A DNA stretch of 64,000 nucleotides from Owenia fusiformis. Taxonomy: Eukaryota. The notes beneath the pieces were generated by a model. The model ran no database searches. It was not told the DNA's origin and saw nothing but the letters and a program-made list of their open reading frames with translations. This document shows, one piece after another, positions 51,995-64,000 of this stretch; position 1 is the first letter of the stretch; each line of letters starts with the position of its first letter. The position numbers and the translations under genes are program-made. The stretch covers positions 45,384,001-45,448,000 of the forward strand of contig CAIIXF020000001.1 of NCBI GenBank assembly GCA_903813345.2. Reading direction: 5' to 3'.

Positions 51995-54900
51995 CTAAAA
52001 GTTCTCAAAGTGATGTTCGAATGACGATTTGCTGGTAACCTTGCTCATATTTATACAAGCTCGTTCCACGCCCTTTGTTAGTCCCGGTGGGCCGCAACTG
52101 AACACCCCAAACTTCTTCACCTGAAACGACGAGTCATAGATGTAAAAAAGAACCATATATAAGGTCAGCAAAAGGGTTTATACGAATTTGGAATGCTAAC
52201 CAATCAGATTCAATCAAAGTATGTTGATACGAGTGTGAAGAGGAGGAATACCGTATTACAAAACACAGTTCGAAAAGAAGCCACACAAAAGTACAACCAG
52301 TTATATGGAAGAAAATCCAAACATCCCATCTTTCCCACTCATGTTATTTTGTCATATTCTCACATCCATTGGGATGTTTAGTACCTTATTATGTTGCTCC
52401 TGAAGTCCCTGGAACATGTTCTCAAACAATGGTCTTCCAAAGTGTGTCTTAGCCTTCAGTCCAGTGAACAGGCTCTTATTTGCAACCTTTTGGAAATGCT
52501 CTTCACAAATATACTACAAAATCAAAGTTTTATGTGAATATTCATAAAATTGTCAAAGTCACCCTAACATAATAGTAAATTGTTGTTAATTGTGTCCTTA
52601 GGGTCACATGTCATATCAGTCATTTATAAATGAAGTTTTATGTGTTCTACAAGAAGACGATATCATTATCATTGACGATATCATTAACATTGACTGTAGT
52701 TGTTTTTGATTAAAAGCTATACCGAAACTTATTCAAATGTAAAAATAAAGAAAAACAAAAACTTTTAACTCTAAATAAATCTTGACATTCGCTTCGATAC
52801 ATTTCAGATAATTTTAATTCATTTCTATGTATAATCCGAAGCTTTATATTCTCAAGTGACAATAAATGCATACCAGCATTGTAGTTCTCAGGTCATAATG
52901 CTGAAAGAACTGGGTGATGAATATGTGTATCTCCACTGTGTTCCTCTCGTCCACTTCCTCTACTTGCTTGAGGATGTCTATCAGCCATTCATAGTGTCTC
53001 TGGCTGGCCGTCACCCAGATGAAGTACAGCTTTAGTAAATACGAGAACAACTATAGAATGTTAATACTTGAAGTAATTAATTCGGGGCTTGGTAACAGAA
53101 GTTGTAATATCATTTTTTGGGAACAAGGTCAATGCCAGCATTTGAACATCCGACTTCATAAAATATATCCGAAGACAACGAGTAACAAAAACGACCGTGT
53201 GGGTGTTCAAAATAACAAGAGGATCCAAACATTTAAATAATATATAACGAATTTCATTTACATAGCATACCTTCTGGCATTTTATTTTGAACATGCTTTT
53301 CACCGAAGACATAAAGGCAAAGTCTTTTAGGATTGATGCATACGGGGTGACACCTATACCACCACCAACCAATACACTAACGTCATAACGGTACCAATCC
53401 TGCTGTCCAGCACCGAATGGACCATCAAGATACAACTGAAATAGTTCATAAATGCTTAAAGGATAAATTTACAAAACATTTTATGGCGGCCAACATATTT
53501 AAAAACATCCTCAGACAGTCCCTGCGCTGTGATCGTATATGCAAAGCAATGTATGCCTCAGATCAGAAATATATGCCTTTACCTTGGGGAAAGCTCTTTG
53601 TTTTAGATTCTCTGGGTCGTAGGTCTTCCTCAGATTCCAAGTCCATGGACCCAACGATCTTACATGGATAGACAACGTATCTTCATGGGGTGCAGATGTC
53701 AACGTAAAGGGATGGTACTCATTTCGTCCTTGGCTACTACACGCGATATTCACCCACTGGCCCGATTTGTACTCAAAATTGTGTGGACGTTTGAACTCAA
53801 TGTAGGTTACCGCTAGGTAAAGAAAATATGAATTACAATCAAATCATTGAAATTACAGATGTTGCAGGCTATGGTCGTCGCTTCATTCTCACGGAAGATA
53901 AATTTATAAAATAAAGTTAAGAATATTATTAGCGTTATGAATGAGGAAACACAGTTTATAGCTAATTACTAAATGATGTATTCATATTGTTTTGAAAATG
54001 CATGGTATCTTAGTGAATTCATACGTAGACTATTACCTGATGGCAAAAGTTCTGCTTTGATAACGGTGAGTTCAACCTTTTCTCTGGAGATACTGACCAG
54101 TTTATCAATCACAAACACTATTGCTGGTCCGATAAAGTACATCCAGAAATATGGATCTTGTACGATCCTTGCGCTTCCGTGTAGAATTATAAGCACGTAT
54201 ATAACTGCAAAAATAAGTATTTTTATATTCCGGTTTATACATTTGGTAGGCACATTATTGGTGATGACTACATCGGGACGACAAACACAATTGAACAATT
54301 ACGCTATATTGCAAAATACCCGATACCTAGGACTAATCTGTGTGTCAGCCAGAAAGCGTTGAAGATGTATTCCCGGGCTATGTTGTGGGCAAATATATAG
54401 ACGACTGAACACAAGAGAGTCAACAATATCCCGGTCATTCCCGTAACGTTTTGGAAGAACCAGAACACAAGCTTGGGCAGAGAGTCGGGCCTATAAATGT
54501 AATAAACAATTAAATGCAAAATCGATTGTTAAAATACGAGGTAGGGCCGAGTAATATAAATACGCGTTGTCTATTTCTCATGTAGAATTTAATTATAGTA
54601 TACTTTTACATCACCTAAAGACAATCTCTGGAAAGACGCAGAGGAATTGCATTGGCTGGGTTCCGATGTGGTAGAAGTTGAAGGCATAACCAAATATATG
54701 AACCACTGAAATGAACAGAATATTAAAAAATTAAATTGATGTATATTGCGGTTATACAACATGTATGTATGGCATTGGTGTAAAATTGGTAAATACATAT
54801 GTTGCACACAGTTGTCCACTTTTGATTCATGCCAAGTAAAGGCCACTTAGTTAATAAATGACGGAGAGGGGCACTTTCATCTAACATTAATGATAATATT

Positions 54901-57900
54901 CGAATTATTATCAATACATCATATCAAAACTTACAAGTAAAGAAAAGTGCAGTCCAGGCGATGACCTTATGGAAAGCCACATTAGAGTCAAAGGGCACAT
55001 ATAGGTTCAGGAAGGTCTCCCGAAGCTTGGTGAGTAGATTCTTGCACATGGTGAGGAGTATGAAGCTGAATGTAAAAGACATGGATGCTGCCGCCCCGCG
55101 TGTTGTAGCGACTCCCAAACCAGCGATAGTACGGAACCCTCTATGTTCCATTTCCACTGCATATGCTACAAAGGACGTACATTCTATAAGAATTGTTTTA
55201 AACATCGCCATTGCTTAATAGATCTATGCCACTCTCAATTCTTACTGTTATGGGCACCTTGAATGAACAAATGGAAGTATACAGTCCGTTTGATTGAAAA
55301 TTGAGAACTTACTGTAAAAGCGTTCAGCAAACAGTCCAAAGCACAACCCATAGAAGATAACACAATAAAAGATGTGTTGCCTCTTATTTTCCATGTAATG
55401 TTTGATTGACGTGATTCTGGCTTTGATTGGCGAGAACTTCTCTTGTACTGCTGTGTATGTGTTTTGTCGACTGAATTTTCCTCCCGATGTTGGTACTCCT
55501 CCTGTTTTCCCTCCCTTTATAGTTGAATCTTTGCTTGAACCAACTTCTGCAGTATCATCTCTTAAATAATGTAAATAAAGCGATTCATCTTTTTGAACTA
55601 AACGTTAAATCCATAGGAAATATTTATTACAGGATGGCAAGAAAAACGATAAACACAATATTTGTATCACTGATAATCTGCATTGGTGCTCTGCATCTGC
55701 ATTGTGTTTTGAATATCCTCGGAGAGTTCTTCAAAAGTAATGTATGTAATATCAACTTACATAAATCATTTTGCAAGTAATAGAAAAGAGATGTGAATCA
55801 CAATTTATACCCTTCATTTTTAGCTCGATGATAGAACATTGGCGGAAGATGCTTTTCGCTCCATTTAGCACGGTATTTACAAAATCAAGAGTAATTTTGG
55901 CTCGCCCAATTTATGCTATTTTCAATTTGGTATCTTTATAAATGTATCGTATGAATTAAATTAAATATCATAGTCCTTACTGCACTTGGTTGTACAGATC
56001 GTCATCTGTGTTAGTTAGTTTTGCCCTCTTCTTTTTAGGGAAGCAGACTTTTGTTCCTGAAAATAGAACGAACCAAATTAATTTTCAACAAGTATCCCAC
56101 CCCTCAAATTTCTCATTTTCCTAAACAAAATTTGTTTCAGAAAGAGAAGAGAGGTAGATAGTTGACTGATACAATGATATAATCACAAGGTCAGCGAACA
56201 ACAAAACCGTGTTTGTTTGCTTTCAGCAATTCCAAAAAATGAAAACCTGAGGTAAACATTCATCTTATGTAACAAACACGTATTTCTTTTTTAATACATT
56301 ATGAATAGCGATGCGTTTATTCTAACCTTTGAAATCTAGACATACGTCCCAAAGTTTGTCCATATGATCACCAAGGAGCTTCTGGAAGTCTGAGTATCTT
56401 AGTGATCGTCTCCTACTAACACCATGTGCCTTGAGCATGGAGTGAATGAGCTTCTCTACAGCCTCTTCGGAAAGTTCAGTGTCTGCCATCTCAAATAAAG
56501 ATCTGTTGGAAAAAGTTATTATTTGCACAATTCAGTTGGATATTTCCATCTACTTGCTTCAAAAGTCCAGATGGACTTCATATTTCTTCCTTTTTCGAGG
56601 ACAGAATCGTGTGAATAAATCCTAGAGCCATATATGACGAATTTAATATTTCAGTTGTAAGTTAACATTAAACACTTTTTAAAAACTTTTTAAACTTCAT
56701 TTTAAAAATTGATTGTTTTGTGTTTATTTTTTAGTTCATCTGGGACTTCAACGTTTTTCTTACTTGAGCATCTTTGCGATCTCCTCCAAGCTAAGGGTTC
56801 CACTGGAATCAAGGTCATACATGTTGAACAGCATATGGAGTTTGTCGGTACATGAACCTAAAAATATGATTTTAGAAACGTTGAGATATTCTCAAGCGTG
56901 TTTACAAACCACAAAAATACTATTTCATTTCAATAACTAGTTTAATTAGATGTATGTTTAAATCACAAGCATTTCCACAAATATTTACATTACACAATGC
57001 TTTTAAGTTATGAATTTCCAATTTTTATTCAACACCCAATTCTTTTTTCCAAGTTTATTTAAACAAAACGTCTAGTATTCACCATGTGAGAAAAGTGTGA
57101 CCGCGTGGAGGAGCTCTCGAAAGGAGAGGTAGCCACTTTTGTTTTTGTCCACTAATGAGAACAGTTGGTCAAGGAAGAGACAATTTGGTTTAACAGCAAG
57201 CGCCTCTGCAAACTCATTCTAAAATCAGAATATAATATACAATTCAAAGCAACCATTTATTTGAAAAGTGGAATAAGGTGATGGGTTTGTATATCTAAAT
57301 ACGTGTAAAATGATTCAGTGATTTAACTGTGTTATTTTATACGTAATATTTTTACTATGTTGATTCATTGCTTCATTCCGTGAGTTTTGTAATTATTTGA
57401 AGTAACATACCTTAGATATTTCACATTCTAGAATATCAGAGTATTTTGGCTTCACTTCAAATTCCAAGTTACTTGGATCTTCATCCGGGTTGTAATCAAG
57501 TTGAAATGCCTATAACATTAAAATAAAAATAATATGATCAAAACATCAACATAAAGTTTAATATTCACTCTATTAATCTTTTCAAGGCAACAACAACGTA
57601 ATAAGAGCATTATGTGATTTACATAAAGACTGTATTCTACCAATGAGCTTGTGAGATCAGGTATCTTGTTTATTCAGAAAGACTCCATTACCTCTGCAAA
57701 TACAGTTTTGAAGAATTTCTCTAGTAACTGCTTTCTCTTTTTCTTTGTGACTGCCATATTCTGAAGATGCAATAATTTAGTACCGAATGTAAGAAGCGTC
57801 TTTTCATGGCTGACGAGATGTTGCCGAAACTGGTCAATGAACTCCCTCCGTTTAGCTTTGGTTTGGAACTGCATCACCTAAAATGTATTGAAAGTAAGTG

Positions 57901-60900
57901 TCAGTAAAATATCGGCAAATGAATGGGTTGTATTCTTTCAGGTAACTGAAAAAGTAGATGGTTCAATGACAAATTGTTCAATACCAAAAACAATTGATTT
58001 ACCAGATCATACTCCTTTGGATCGTTTATCAGGAGTATATCTTCGTTGTTGTTTATACTGAGCCACACTCGGACCTCCTTGTATCTAGTGAAGTCCATGG
58101 TCCTTAGACGTGTCCCAAGGGGCGTTGATGTATGGAGACAACATTTCACGGGATCAATTCTCACTTCTACATTTCTTAATGATTCATCGATTCCCTGCCA
58201 TTCAATTGCTGGAAAAAAATGTCAGTAAAGCCAAATGACAACGTTTGGGGAATTCACAAGTGTTCACAAACAAACGAACGAACAAGCAAACAAACAAACA
58301 AAAAACAAAGCAAAGAATCCGAAATCCTCTAGTTCTCATATGATAAATGGATTTAGGTTTGTAGCAATTTTGATCATTAAATCTGTGGTTTTAATTTATG
58401 CTTTTAAAAACTTTTTCAGCCATTTGGATGTCAATTTACAATTACTTGTTTAGCAGTGTTCTACTTGGAATTAACAAGAGTAGACAGTGATATTCATCAT
58501 CCCTATTACGAGGAGGGGGGTTATTGAAAATAACTAATAACTAGATATAAAACTAAACTATTAAAAAGCTCGTATAAGGATGCATCTTTTGTTGTGTGCG
58601 ATTCACCATGGTTGAATCTATTCAAGTGAAACTAATTAAAGCAGCTACTTATCTAAATGCACGTAACTTAAAAAATCAAAGATGTTTGATGAACTTTCCT
58701 ATGGGAACGAAATACATTGAGTCAGGAGCAAATGGTGCAACGGGGAACACTTATGTATACATTAAAATATTTTCACAAAATGCAGAGGAGAAATTCAAAT
58801 TATGTACAGACAGCTACGCTAATGCAATAAGAGTGTAGACTAAGCTTGCATTCACGGGTGCAACTTTCGGGTAGCGGCTACCCGTTTGATTGCAATTTGA
58901 TGGCAAACACATTTAGATATTAATAGTACCTGTCGTGCATCCGTGCAAAATGTCGGGTGGGATAATTTATGGAAATTAACTAGTCAATTCGGTACCTAAA
59001 AGTTGCATTCGCGAATACAAGCTAAACGTGTATGGCGGGTTAATTTATGAAAATTAAGGAACCGGTAGTTGCATTCGCGACTACGAGCTTACACTAGTGA
59101 ATAAGGGATAGAGTTTACTTTACCTGTTGCATCTATCTGTATTCATATAACAAGTAAAGAATAGAGAACATGTTTGAGAAACACATAAACAAAATTGGCA
59201 AGACACGACCAATCACTTCAGGGGTATCTATTTATTGTATACTTACTATCAGACATTCCATTATCTGCTTTTGACCAAAATACACAATGAACAATGATAT
59301 ATAAATATATAATTTGGTCATTCGATGTATGCTGTTTAGTGTTATATATAATTAAACAAGGTCGCTATGAAATATACACCATTTCAATTACATTTACAAA
59401 AAGAAGTTGACAATTATGCGTACATTTTTTATGTTTCCGATAGAAACTAACTTTTCATTGAGGGTATAATATAGTTCGAAGAGTTACTCCACAGCGTAAA
59501 TACAAAACCGAACCTCACTTAATTATTGAGTACTTTATAATACAATAAAATGGCAAATTTGGCTCCGGTAGCCAAAGTCATCAGACTGGATATACTGTAA
59601 AGGCTAGGTTTGATTTATAAAAGTTTATAAAATTCCAAATTATATGAAAAAACGTTGTACTGAGGTGATTCAAAAAGTTTTGCAGTTGATGCCATAACTT
59701 CAAGGAAAATAGGACTTTTACAATGAAACTTGGTACACATATGTTATACATTTATACATTATATGTTAAAATTTGGGACATGCATTTCCAAATGCTCCCT
59801 GAACCAGTTCATAAGTCTCTTGCAAAGTCTTGCCATTTTGAACCATGCACTGTATCGGATTTCTATGCTTCCATTTCATCAATTTAGTTGGTGTGGAAAC
59901 ATCTGCCATTTTGAAAATTTTGGAAAAAAATTCAAAATTTCCTCACTTTTCCATCTCAAATTTTCAACTGGGTTTTGGACAGTATACATCACAAAGGAAC
60001 TTATCGTGTCACTTGTTTATTGTGATGTCATAGAGGCAATTAGAAAAATTGAAGAATTTGAAGAAAAATAGCCACCCAAAGACACTTACACCTGCTAATT
60101 GCCACTTTACAAAGAGTTTATTCAAGCAAGAAAACTATTTGGAAAAACGTAATTTCGGGTTGAACATGTTACCCACCACTCTGGTTACCATAGCAACCAT
60201 ATCTCAAGAACCAAATTTTACCATATAATGTATAAATATATGACGTATATGTGTACCAAGTTTCATTGTAAAAGTCCTATTTTCCTTGAAGTTGTGGCAT
60301 CAGCAAAACTTTTTGAACCACCTAAGTAGTATCAAACTCTCATGTATATGTCCAACAATCGTGTTTCACTTACCAGATATACTTCCGGCGCTTTCTCGCA
60401 CCATCGCTTTCAGGTCTGTCATTCCTATTACCTTCTTCGTCTTCTTCAGGTCGTGTTGCTTGCATCGGAACAATAAATATGCTACCAGGATGCATACTGT
60501 AAGCACAGTTATATATTGTAATGCTTATAGTCGCAACATGCACTAATTGAACGTAATTATTTATGTTCCAAAAGACAATATAGGTGAATTGCCTCCAATC
60601 TAACTCGATTTTGGCGACAACTGTCTCTCCTTTCCAGTACACAATTATCAAATTATATGTTTTAATGATTTAGCGATAAGTCCTATACTCACGGAACGGG
60701 AACAAGCATAATGCTGCGAAGGATATGATGTATGTCACTTCGTTTCCTTCAAAGTAATCATAGTTTTTATGCTCTGCGCATTTTGTCATATCAGATTCTT
60801 CTAACTGCTTCGGCTGCTGACATGGGTCACCTGTGATGAAAAAGATAATGATAATCTGTACTATCCCCCCCCAGGTTACAATTTTGAAAACATTGCCATT

Positions 60901-63900
60901 CACAAGACTATATTTCATTCATACTGAAATCATTGTAATACACGTTGAAAACCAAATAAAATGTTGAATATTTATTCCGGCAAAAACATATTCTTTAATG
61001 TACTCATATAAAAACTACGGAACAGAAAATGAACCCGTGCTCTAGAAAAACAAAATATGGACATTTTACTTAATAATGTAACTCCTACCGTTTTTCCAAA
61101 AGAACACATCATCTTGTATATCATCCTGCATCATGTTGCTTACTTTCACCATGATGTCCTTCAGTTTGATTGCTTTAATCTCAGCAACTTCGGCGTCAGT
61201 AAACAAACTAAAGCATAGTTCACAACATTTAAAGATGAATGGTACAACTAATAGTATATGAGTATGTGTCACTGATAGTCCATGCTATGACTCCGGAATA
61301 TGAAGAATCCGAAACACAATATAGTGCAGCAACATCTGAACCAATATTTACGGAGGTCCATATGTCATGATTCTTTTAAAATGCCGTTTGCTGAAAAACG
61401 TCGGGCTTTTGGGTCTAAATATGCCTCTCATAACAAGGGTTCAAAAAAGTAAACATTTTCATTCGAATTTGTACATATTTTAAGACTCAAGAGGTCAATA
61501 TAAGCATATTTACAATACATTGGATTATTATTATGTCAAAATCAATTCTAATTTCAATGTTATTTCTTGTGGTCAATTAGTGTAATTACATAAAGTTGCT
61601 TATTATATTTTGTTTATTTTTTCAAATATTGGTCAAGCAGATTTGACAAAATTGTGTGAATTATTTAAGAAAATCATAATTTCAAATATAAATTACTATT
61701 ACTATTTCAAAGTTTTATTTAAAGAATTTATACTTATCATCGCCAGGAGTCAAACAAGAAATACTTTATATAATATGTAAAATATAGCCATTTTAATGTT
61801 ACAGAGGTATAAGAACGCTTATATATTCAGAGGGCATGTCTAATAGTTTATAAAAAATAAATGCAATCAATTAAACGCCTTACATTTCTCCTTTGACGTT
61901 ACTGCTGCATATCATCAGATTTTCTGATGGTAATATATTCTTAGACATAACTGCTGGTTATCATCAGATTTTTGGTGAAAATCAAAACCATTCTTTCCCA
62001 AAGCTTCGTGAGTTCGACCAGGTCTTGATTGTTGTTTTATAAACGACTGAACAATATCTAACTAGGGACAACATAGCGAAAACATCAAATTTATAGTTGA
62101 GAAACCTAAAACATACACTCAAAATTTATTTCAGAGAATTTTCTGTGGCAGTATGCACTCCAAATTGTAAAAGGGGAATTTTGTTTTTATTGATATTTTT
62201 TGACCCCTGCTAATGACACGCATAATTCAGCCCAAAAGTCCGAAGAATATTGAATGGCTATAGTAAAAAACAATACTGGACATAGGTATGTAAATATGAG
62301 GTCAAATATCGCTGCACTATATTGTGTTACCAGCTCCTTAATTAGGCATCCTAGGAATTTCATATGGACTATGAGATCAATTGTTTTTTTATGAAAAAAC
62401 TTCGATCCCAATATCCTGAAAAGCAGGACGTAAACAAAAAGGTCATATTCACCCCCCCCCCCCCCCCCCCATTTATCAGTTATCTGTTTGATAAATCTTT
62501 TTATCCTACACTTAGTGTACTAAATGTATAATAACATTAAAAAATAAATTTGATATTTATTGGCAAAATGAATATCCGGAGGATATCGTAACGATATACT
62601 CCGGGCGGAGGATATCGTGACGATATACTCCGGAAAACCCAATATGCGGAGGATATTGTGACGATATACTCCGCTTGTTGATTTTCCGCCTCATTGGCAT
62701 GAAATTCATTTTGCAATGATATTATACATTTAGTACACTCCTTGTAAGTGTAGGATAATAAGAACATCCTATGATTTTTTCAGAATATCATTTTAATCTA
62801 CTCGGTGATATTAATATGCACTCGTTCGCTTCGCTCTCTCGTGCAGATATCAATATCACCTCGTAGATAAAAATGATATTCCTCAAAATCATAGGATATC
62901 CTATAAATATGATACTTACTTATTGTCTGAGTTCTCGAACCAAAACCTGTCTCCATCTCTTATCCTTTTGAATTGTTCCTTAATAACCGCTTTGAAGAAA
63001 GGACCCGGTCCACTAGGTCCGGACTCCATCAATCCAGCTGGAAATATGTCCAGTTTATCCAGGCTACCGTTGTAAATACGACGCAGGTTTTCGATAGGCT
63101 GGAAATACATTATCGAATAGCAGTGAACCATTTTGCATATCCGTTTTAATTTATCATATCTTGTGGGATACATTTTGGATCAATTGAATTTGAGAAACTG
63201 GGAGTACCTCTGGGTTTGTGTGGTAAAGGTATGGGTTGATGTCTTCCCATTTCGTTATTGGTTCTAATCCAAACACCTTTCTAGCTGTATTAAAGTCGGC
63301 CAGTCCATTGTCTCGACCCCTCATGATAGTTAACACACCAAGGTCCTGTCTACTAGAAAACTTTGGCCCAAATAATTTACCTGAAAAAAATGTTTGAAAA
63401 GTACAATACTTTAAAAAGTATTTATAGTTCACTGTTTGTGTATTGATTCTGTGGTGTTTGCCTATTGATGTTTCCCAAATATATATAAATGCCGATTGTT
63501 TTTTTAATCAGTCTGTAACCAATGAAAATGTACCTCGTAAGTCTGTGACCAGGATGTTATCTTCTCTCTCCCCTATTTGGGAAGAAAGTCCCATCAGAAC
63601 CTCATCAAATCCAAGTTCCTGTATACACTCCTAAAATAAGGTATCCTGATAGTATCGTATAGCCGTGTATAGTGGCCTGACAAGCGAAATGCAATAAGTA
63701 GAACCAAACTATCTATTGACATGTCTCTTTTTGATTTTCATAAAATTTCGTTTTTCATTTCGGGGATAATGTTTACATAGTACTATTTATCATATGAAAG
63801 ATTACGGTATTTGTGAACAAATCATTCTGTTTCATTTGGACTTTAACATATGTCCATATTGAGGCCTCACATATATTGCGTTGTATTGAACTAATGTCAT

Positions 63901-64000
63901 TGGTTCTAATTGCAAGCGATATTATATGATACTATAATTTGCATGCATATGATTTTATGTTAACCTACTTGCGAGTCCCAATAAGTGTTACAAAGACGCA
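51995..64000 (-). CDS. DUOX: Dual oxidase (peroxidase-like domain, TM, EF-hands, NOX membrane domain, FAD/NADPH domains); 5' part outside the window
   Basis: 24 GT-AG exons, all phases consistent, about 1180 codons: 64000-63969, 63630-63534, 63380-63208, 63098-62920, 61207-61089, 60830-60693, 60496-60374, 58208-58003, 57877-57692, 57509-57411, 57218-57083, 56857-56764, 56502-56327, 56056-55981, 55560-55313, 55165-54935, 54705-54615, 54490-54327, 54204-54037, 53812-53583, 53435-53271, 53029-52874, 52513-52385, 52120-51995. Motifs: [21 protein letters not shown] loops [12 protein letters not shown] and [12 protein letters not shown], heme His pairs FHK...VH and THR...[37 protein letters not shown]. 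Confidence 0.97.
59660..60326. mobile_element. Intronic Tc1/mariner-type MITE, TA TSD, ~85-bp TIRs
   Basis: TA|CTGAGGTGATTCAAAAAGTTTTGC...GCAAAACTTTTTGAACCACCTAAG|TA. Confidence 0.9.
61290..62445. mobile_element. Intronic decayed foldback element with long inverted arms
   Basis: ACACAATATAGTGCAGC and CGGGCTTTTGGG...AAGGGTTCAAAAAA (61314-61448) are mirrored at 62190-62330. Confidence 0.6.
62500..62900. mobile_element. Intronic double-hairpin element (possibly non-autonomous Crypton-like)
   Basis: Inverted repeat 62501-62530 / 62723-62758 encloses three palindromic CGGAGGATATCGTGACGATATACTCCG units. A ~130-bp hairpin (62766-62898) with a TTCGCTTCGCTC loop follows. Confidence 0.6.

Noticed and set aside
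55629..55860. Possible extra DUOX cassette exons (about 55811-55858 and 55631-55728)
   Set aside because: The first has a weak GAG acceptor and the second has no phase-compatible donor. Direct splicing from 55981 to 55560 is already in frame.

Overview
AT-rich animal genomic DNA, probably a lophotrochozoan invertebrate (inferred from the gene and TE repertoire). It is not prokaryotic: I see no operons, CRISPR arrays, rRNA or tRNA. The left two-thirds (1-43 kb) is a mosaic of transposons and satellites. It holds 57-bp, 33/66-bp and 20-bp minisatellites, a full-length CR1-type LINE with a 12-bp TSD and one frameshift, an internally deleted DD41D-like Tc1/mariner element and a Helentron-like element carrying a 162-bp satellite. 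It also holds an hAT-like element (8-bp TSD) filled with a palindrome-rich ~153-bp satellite, a CAC-ended TIR element, and a MITE family with verified 5-bp TSDs. The right third holds three minus-strand genes: a FkbM/Star-like methyltransferase (43156-44124), a 3-exon type I membrane protein with a chitin-binding domain and a His-rich tail (47634-49538), and the 3' three-quarters of a dual oxidase (24 phase-consistent exons, 51995-64000, running off the window). All calls were made by eye; no database search was run.
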